DNA of 64,000 bases from Eledone cirrhosa. Lineage: Eukaryota. Of the stretch, positions 57,754 through 64,000 are shown in pieces (position 1 is the first letter of the stretch; the number at the start of each line of letters is the position of its first letter). The translations under genes were made by a program, and so were the position numbers. The notes below the pieces were generated by a model, which saw only the letters and a list, made by a program, of their open reading frames with translations, had not been told where the DNA came from and did no database searches. The DNA lies in NCBI GenBank assembly GCA_964016885.1, contig OZ024741.1, forward strand, positions 229,400,001 through 229,464,000, given 5' to 3'.

Positions 57754-59685
57754 TTAATTAGGTTTATAATATTTAAATGTTTTTTTTAGTTTATGATTAC
57801 ACGATATAATTAATTCCTGTCTTTTATTTAATAAGATATCCCTAGACTTCATTATTTCAAATAGTTCTTGGGAACATAATCTACATTCCTTTCTATTATT
57901 TTGATAAGGGGTGGCTCTTTTGAGCACACTCCAGGTCAAATCATATTTTATATTTTTATTTTTATAACTATTGATTTTTTCTGCTAGAGATGTTGTATTA
58001 GCCAGTGCGGCATTTTTAAAGCTATGTTTGTGGGTATTATACCTTGTCTTAAAATTGTTAGAGGTAGCTCCTATATATGAGCAAATAGAATCTTTAGTTT
58101 TAACATTACATTTATAGACTATGTTGTTAACAAGACAATTCCCTTTTAATGGGCAGTTTGTTTTGTTTCTACAGTTACATCCTTTCGTTAATTCTGTATT
58201 TGAGGAGATATTATTGTTAATTTGATGTACTGGTGGTATACTTATGGTTTTCTTACATTTATATGCATTATATGCACTTATATTTTGTTTTATGTTATTT
58301 GTTGTAGAGTATGAGAATTTAACTGTAGACCTATTTAAGATTTGATGGTATTTGTGGTTTGGCGGGAAGTTTTTCTCAAGGATATAAAAAAATTTTTTAG
58401 CAATATTATCCTTAACTTGTAAATTAAAAGGAGCATTATACCAAGTAACTCGTCTATTACGGTTTCTATGTTGTTTATTATTTTTATTATTTTTATATGT
58501 TGTATCATGATTTTTACTAGGAGGATTAATGTTAATGATCTCACCACAACTATTTTTAGTTATATTTGTAGATTTAGGTGTTTTATCTTTTTTATTAGGA
58601 GTTTTATTATTAATATTTATTATAGTCGTATGATGAGTAGTTTTTTGAGGGTTACTATACTTTATATTAGAAGATTTAGTATTTTGGGGTATACTGTGGG
58701 TGGCATTTAGGTGTGTACTTTTCATTTGGTGTTTGTTGGTAATATTATGCTGTATGCTTTCAGTATTTTTAGTAGAAGGTATATACTCTAATCTATTTTT
58801 GTGGCCACTTCTATCTAGAGCTTCATTATAAAAGGTCGCATTTTTATCAAATACATCTTGGTTAGAAGAAAGGTTAGAAATTCTAAGTGATATATTATAT
58901 GCAAGGTTTTTAAGGATAGATTTAGGGTGATTAGATTGTGAGTGTATGTAATGTAAGTTTTGGTTAGGTTTATGGTAAGGTTGGTATATACCCGTAGCTA
59001 AATCTAAAGTTATATCTAGGAAATTTACTACTTTACTTGTTTTTTCAAAAGTAATATTAAGATTATAATAGTCTTTAAGGAAAGTTCTAATATGCTTTTT
59101 GTTTTTTTCGATTTCTGAAAGGCTAAGGTTGTTAGAAAGAAGAAGACAGTCATCACGATATAAACCACCTTTGAGGTGGGGAAAAGAGGCATTTATGTTG
59201 AAAAGGAGAAAGAGGCCCACAAGATCAGTAATTTGGGCGGAATCGCTTGAACCCATAGTAATATCAAAAAGATTACTGTAAGTGTTTCTGGTCCAGTATT
59301 CATTCTGAAATTCAATAAGTGTTTGTCTAGCATGTGTAATAATGTTAATGTCATCCGAAGTTAAATTAGATCTATTTTTAGCAAATATTAATGCTTTGTT
59401 CAGGAGTATGGGTGATATAGAAGAATAGTAATTATCTATATCAAATTGTAGGAAAGAAGCAGAAGATTTACACCTAATATTTTTAAACCAATTAATTACC
59501 TGGGAGGTGTTTTCCCAGAGTGGTAAAATAACGTATTTTCTTATTTGTGGGATGACTCTATCTAAAATTTTTTTGCTAATTATTCCAATATCTGATTTGG
59601 AGGGACATATAAGTCTAATAGAAGGATTAGAGTTAAAGTTAGATTTGTGATCTTTCAGGTTGAAGTGTGGACTTTTCAATGCCAT
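57754..59685 (-). CDS. Penelope-like retroelement polyprotein (RT + GIY-YIG), uninterrupted over about 640 codons but apparently 5'-truncated at a (TA)n
   Basis: LKDHKSNF..IRLICPSKSDIG, QFDIDNYYSSI, DITMGSSDSAQITDLVG, LYRDDCL, FLDITLDL, YHKPN..YIHSQSNHP, CNCRNKTNCPLKGNC, IVYKC..YIGATSNNFKTRY..H, CRLCSQE, LNKRQE..CNH. Confidence 0.92.
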   Translation of the reverse strand: MALKSPHFNLKDHKSNFNSNPSIRLICPSKSDIGIISKKILDRVIPQIRKYVILPLWENTSQVINWFKNIRCKSSASFLQFDIDNYYSSISPILLNKALIFAKNRSNLTSDDINIITHARQTLIEFQNEYWTRNTYSNLFDITMGSSDSAQITDLVGLFLLFNINASFPHLKGGLYRDDCLLLSNNLSLSEIEKNKKHIRTFLKDYYNLNITFEKTSKVVNFLDITLDLATGIYQPYHKPNQNLHYIHSQSNHPKSILKNLAYNISLRISNLSSNQDVFDKNATFYNEALDRSGHKNRLEYIPSTKNTESIQHNITNKHQMKSTHLNATHSIPQNTKSSNIKYSNPQKTTHHTTIININNKTPNKKDKTPKSTNITKNSCGEIININPPSKNHDTTYKNNKNNKQHRNRNRRVTWYNAPFNLQVKDNIAKKFFYILEKNFPPNHKYHQILNRSTVKFSYSTTNNIKQNISAYNAYKCKKTISIPPVHQINNNISSNTELTKGCNCRNKTNCPLKGNCLVNNIVYKCNVKTKDSICSYIGATSNNFKTRYNTHKHSFKNAALANTTSLAEKINSYKNKNIKYDLTWSVLKRATPYQNNRKECRLCSQELFEIMKSRDILLNKRQELIISCNHKLKKTFKYYKPN

Positions 59686-60429
59686 ATATATATATATATG
59701 TGTGTATGTGTGTATATGTATGTGTGTATGTATATGCATAATTACATACAGTGATTTAATGGTTATTTTCATTGATCATTTGCTCCAGGAATTTGTTGAG
59801 TGCTCTAAATCTGCTATAAACATTTATACCCTTTTCTAAATATATTTTTTCATTTATTATTTGTCGTATTCCCAACTTTTTATTTTTATTTTTATTTTTA
59901 TATATACAATATTCAGGTTTTTTTTAATATATTTATGTTCTTTCTTATATACATATATAAGTATATGTGTGTGTGTGTGTATGTATGCATACGTATGTGT
60001 ATGTATATGTGTGTGTAGGTATATATATATATATATATATATATAGAGAAAATTGAGGTTGGTAATGGCACATGGAATATATAAGAGACAGAATACTTTT
60101 TTGTGAAAAAACATAATTTTATAAGGTAAGGAAATAATAAAGGGTATAAAAAATGATGACCGGTTTCGATGGGTCTGCAAAAGCCATCTTTTCAAATGTT
60201 GATTAATATTAAGAAAAATTAATAATACGAAGAGTTAAAATTTGAGACTTGAAAATTCAAGTATAAAATTCATTGTGGGATTTCATAGCAGTTTTCATCT
60301 AGGTAGCAACAACAGGTTGACTGCTGTGTCCCTTTCTGGTAGTGAATGAGAAGTTATTTGGGGTGTGGGTTATTTTATAAAGGTCAGATTTAGCAATAGC
60401 CAGCTGCTGGTCAGTGAGGGGGTGGAAGC

Positions 60430-61730
<1,301 letters not shown>

Positions 61731-61825
61731 TTCTTTTTTCTTTCCTTCTTCCTTTTCCAGCCTCACTTTCATATAGATTATATTTTTGTTTTTCAAATCC
61801 AATGCCAATAAATACACCAGGATTT

Positions 61826-61886
61826 TTTCATTCTGATGATTGAAAGCAAAATTTGTCTGCTTTTAAGAAACCACTGGTAAATGAAA
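61826..61886 (+). ncRNA. Type I hammerhead ribozyme (same family as 49368-49424)
   Basis: tttcatt-CTGATGA(61833-61839)-ttgaaagca...tgcttttaa-GAAAC-cactg-GTA-aatgaaa. Confidence 0.85.
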
Positions 61887-61922
61887 TAATTGCCTTATGT
61901 TGTTTATTACATAACTATATAA

Positions 61923-61986
<64 letters not shown>

Positions 61987-62099
61987 GACACCTAAATTTA
62001 ACTTGGTGTCCTTGAAATCTGTATAATGAAATAAATATGGTTTTATAAATATAGTTTCCATTTGTTAATATATCGTATATATAAATATATATATATATA

Positions 62100-62941
62100 G
62101 TAGACGTCCCTCCTCCTTCACCCCCTGTTGACGTCAAGTCCCCCCAACGCACTTGGGATGCAATCCATTGCAGCCTGGCCTCAGACAGGCTCACGCGCCA
62201 GCTCGACCAGCACCACCTTGTTTGTTTTCGTGCGGCCCCTCCCAACACCACAGTGGTGCCTGGCTCCGTGCTCTTCCCTCCGTCTCCACTGGCACGCATC
62301 TAGACAACCATAGCCTGCGAATCGGCGTTTCCCTGAGGCTCGGCCTCCGGATCTGCCAGCCACACCAATGTCTCTGCGGTTCCACCGTGTACTCTTTCGG
62401 CCTCCACCCGCTTTGCTGTTGCCACAGTGCCGGCCGCATTCCACGCCATACTGCCCTCAACGAGGTCATTAAGTATGGTTTGGACTCGGCAGGCTTCCCT
62501 TCCCAGCTCGAGCCGGTGGGGCTGGATCGAGGGGACGGCAAAAGGCCAGATGGCATGACCATCTTCCCTTTCCGCGGTGGCAAACCCCTCGTCTGGGATG
62601 CCACTTCCACCGACACTTTCTGCAGCCGCAACCTGGTGCAGTCTGCGACTGACCCAGGTTCTGCTGCACATCGGGATGAGGGGGCCAAACTCCTCAAATA
62701 CCGGTCGCTCTCCGACAGGTTTGCGGTCGTTCCCCTGGCAGTGGAAACTTCTGTTGTCCTCGGCCCCAGGGCTACCTCCTTACTCACCACCATAGGCGCT
62801 GAGCTGGCCAGCCGTAGGTGTGAGACCCGCGAGTTTGAGTGGCTTTTCCAGCGCGTCTCCCTAGCCGTCCTCCGGGGAAACGCCTTCCCCATTCTGTCCG
62901 CCGGGGCTGTGGGTGGGCCCCATCGCATACCATTACATTAG
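62100..62941 (+). mobile_element. 5'-truncated CRE-clade non-LTR retrotransposon (zinc knuckle + PD-(D/E)xK endonuclease C-terminus)
   Basis: SGAWLRALP, LRLG, CLCG..HPLCC, RHTALNEVI, EPVGL..GKRPDGMT..WDAT, K..KY, VPLAVET, FQRVSLAVLRGNA. A GC-rich island starting right after (TA)n. Confidence 0.88.
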
Positions 62942-64000
62942 TTAAATACCATTCTTTCATCTCATACACATATATATATATATGTACGTATGGGTTTACC
63001 TATAATTATCTATGATTAAAAAATATATATTAGAAAGTGAGGTTTTTTTTTACAAAATGAAAAATAACCGAGGTGTCCTACACGAATGAAAGTATACAGA
63101 AAAAAAGATGAAATCGAAAATGCAACTGTAGTCTTATTTAAAAATATATATATATATTTATTTGGTTCCTTTACCGGTTTCGTAGTTCTTCTGCTTTTCA
63201 AAAGTAGAGTTGAGATGGAGGGTCTGTGGTTTTTCTCACATCTGGTTGGTCTCTGAATGTTACTTGTTTTATATGGAAAAAAGTGGCTCGAAATGCTAGG
63301 TTTTTAGAGAAGTAATTTGATTGGTTGGTTAACAATTATAATAAATTTCGAGCCAGTTCGCGTTACAAAGTTCTTCAAACAAGCGGGGGGGGGGGGGGGG
63401 GGGGCACAGGTTGTTTTTTTCATATATGAGAGTTTGAATTTCTTTTTACTGAAAAAACAGAGGCTCACGAAGGCTTTTTTTTAATAAAGGTAATTTGATT
63501 GGTTATAAATGAAATTATGGCTGTCACGTGAACAAGTTTTCATTAAATTTTCGCGCCCTTATTTGGAAATCTATTCTGTAGCCTTTTTAGAGGATTTTAT
63601 GACAAGCAAAAGATAATGGTCAAGAGAAATGGGATGGGAGAATTGTTCTGGTTCAGTGAATATGGTTAGTTCGCTGGCGTGTCAGAATTCAGATTTTCTA
63701 TTGAAGTAAAGAAAGTAAAGATGTGTATGTTTATTTGTGTGCTTGTGTGTGTGTGTCTGTGTGTGTGTGTGTATTGGAAGATGATTCTATTAGTAGAAAT
63801 GGTGGAGGGAGTTGTGTGTGTATATATATGGGTGTTATGTGTGTGTGGGAGTATGTTAAGATGGAGAGAATATATATATTTTGTGTGTATATATGTGTGT
63901 AGGAAAGTGATTATATTAGTAGAAACGGGGGAGGGAGTAGTGTGTGGGGGGTTGTTATGTGTGTGTATGGGTGTTATGTGTGTGGGAGTATGGTTAGCAT

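Noticed and set aside
62191-62928. 245-aa minus-strand ORF
   Set aside because: Antisense shadow of the GC-rich CRE endonuclease ORF.

Overview
Eukaryotic, AT-rich window that is almost entirely repetitive, with no recognisable host gene. The SINE family and the dense (TA)/(CA) microsatellites suggest a cephalopod such as Octopus; this is inference from recalled repeat sequences. Bases 1-22166 are a 21-bp satellite with kb-scale higher-order repeats, and all ORFs there are artefacts. The rest is nested mobile DNA: a hAT-type MITE containing a young non-coding LTR element, many tRNA-type SINEs, remnants of mariner, RTE, Helitron and CRE-type elements, and two Penelope-like elements (RT + C-terminal GIY-YIG). 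The most striking signal is non-coding. A 4.9-kb array of apparently identical, highly structured 311-bp units (33083-37945) carries one type I hammerhead ribozyme per unit (7 on the - strand, 9 on the + strand, with an inversion near 35283) and sits inside (TA)n. About eight further, unrelated hammerhead-bearing elements lie between 30.8 and 63.2 kb. Several share the tandem-then-inverted layout inside (TA)n, and some have non-canonical cores (U3-A8, C3-A8, very long stem II). The region looks like a (TA)n-targeted collection of retrozyme-like or Penelope-dependent self-cleaving RNA elements. All structures were read by eye; none was computed.
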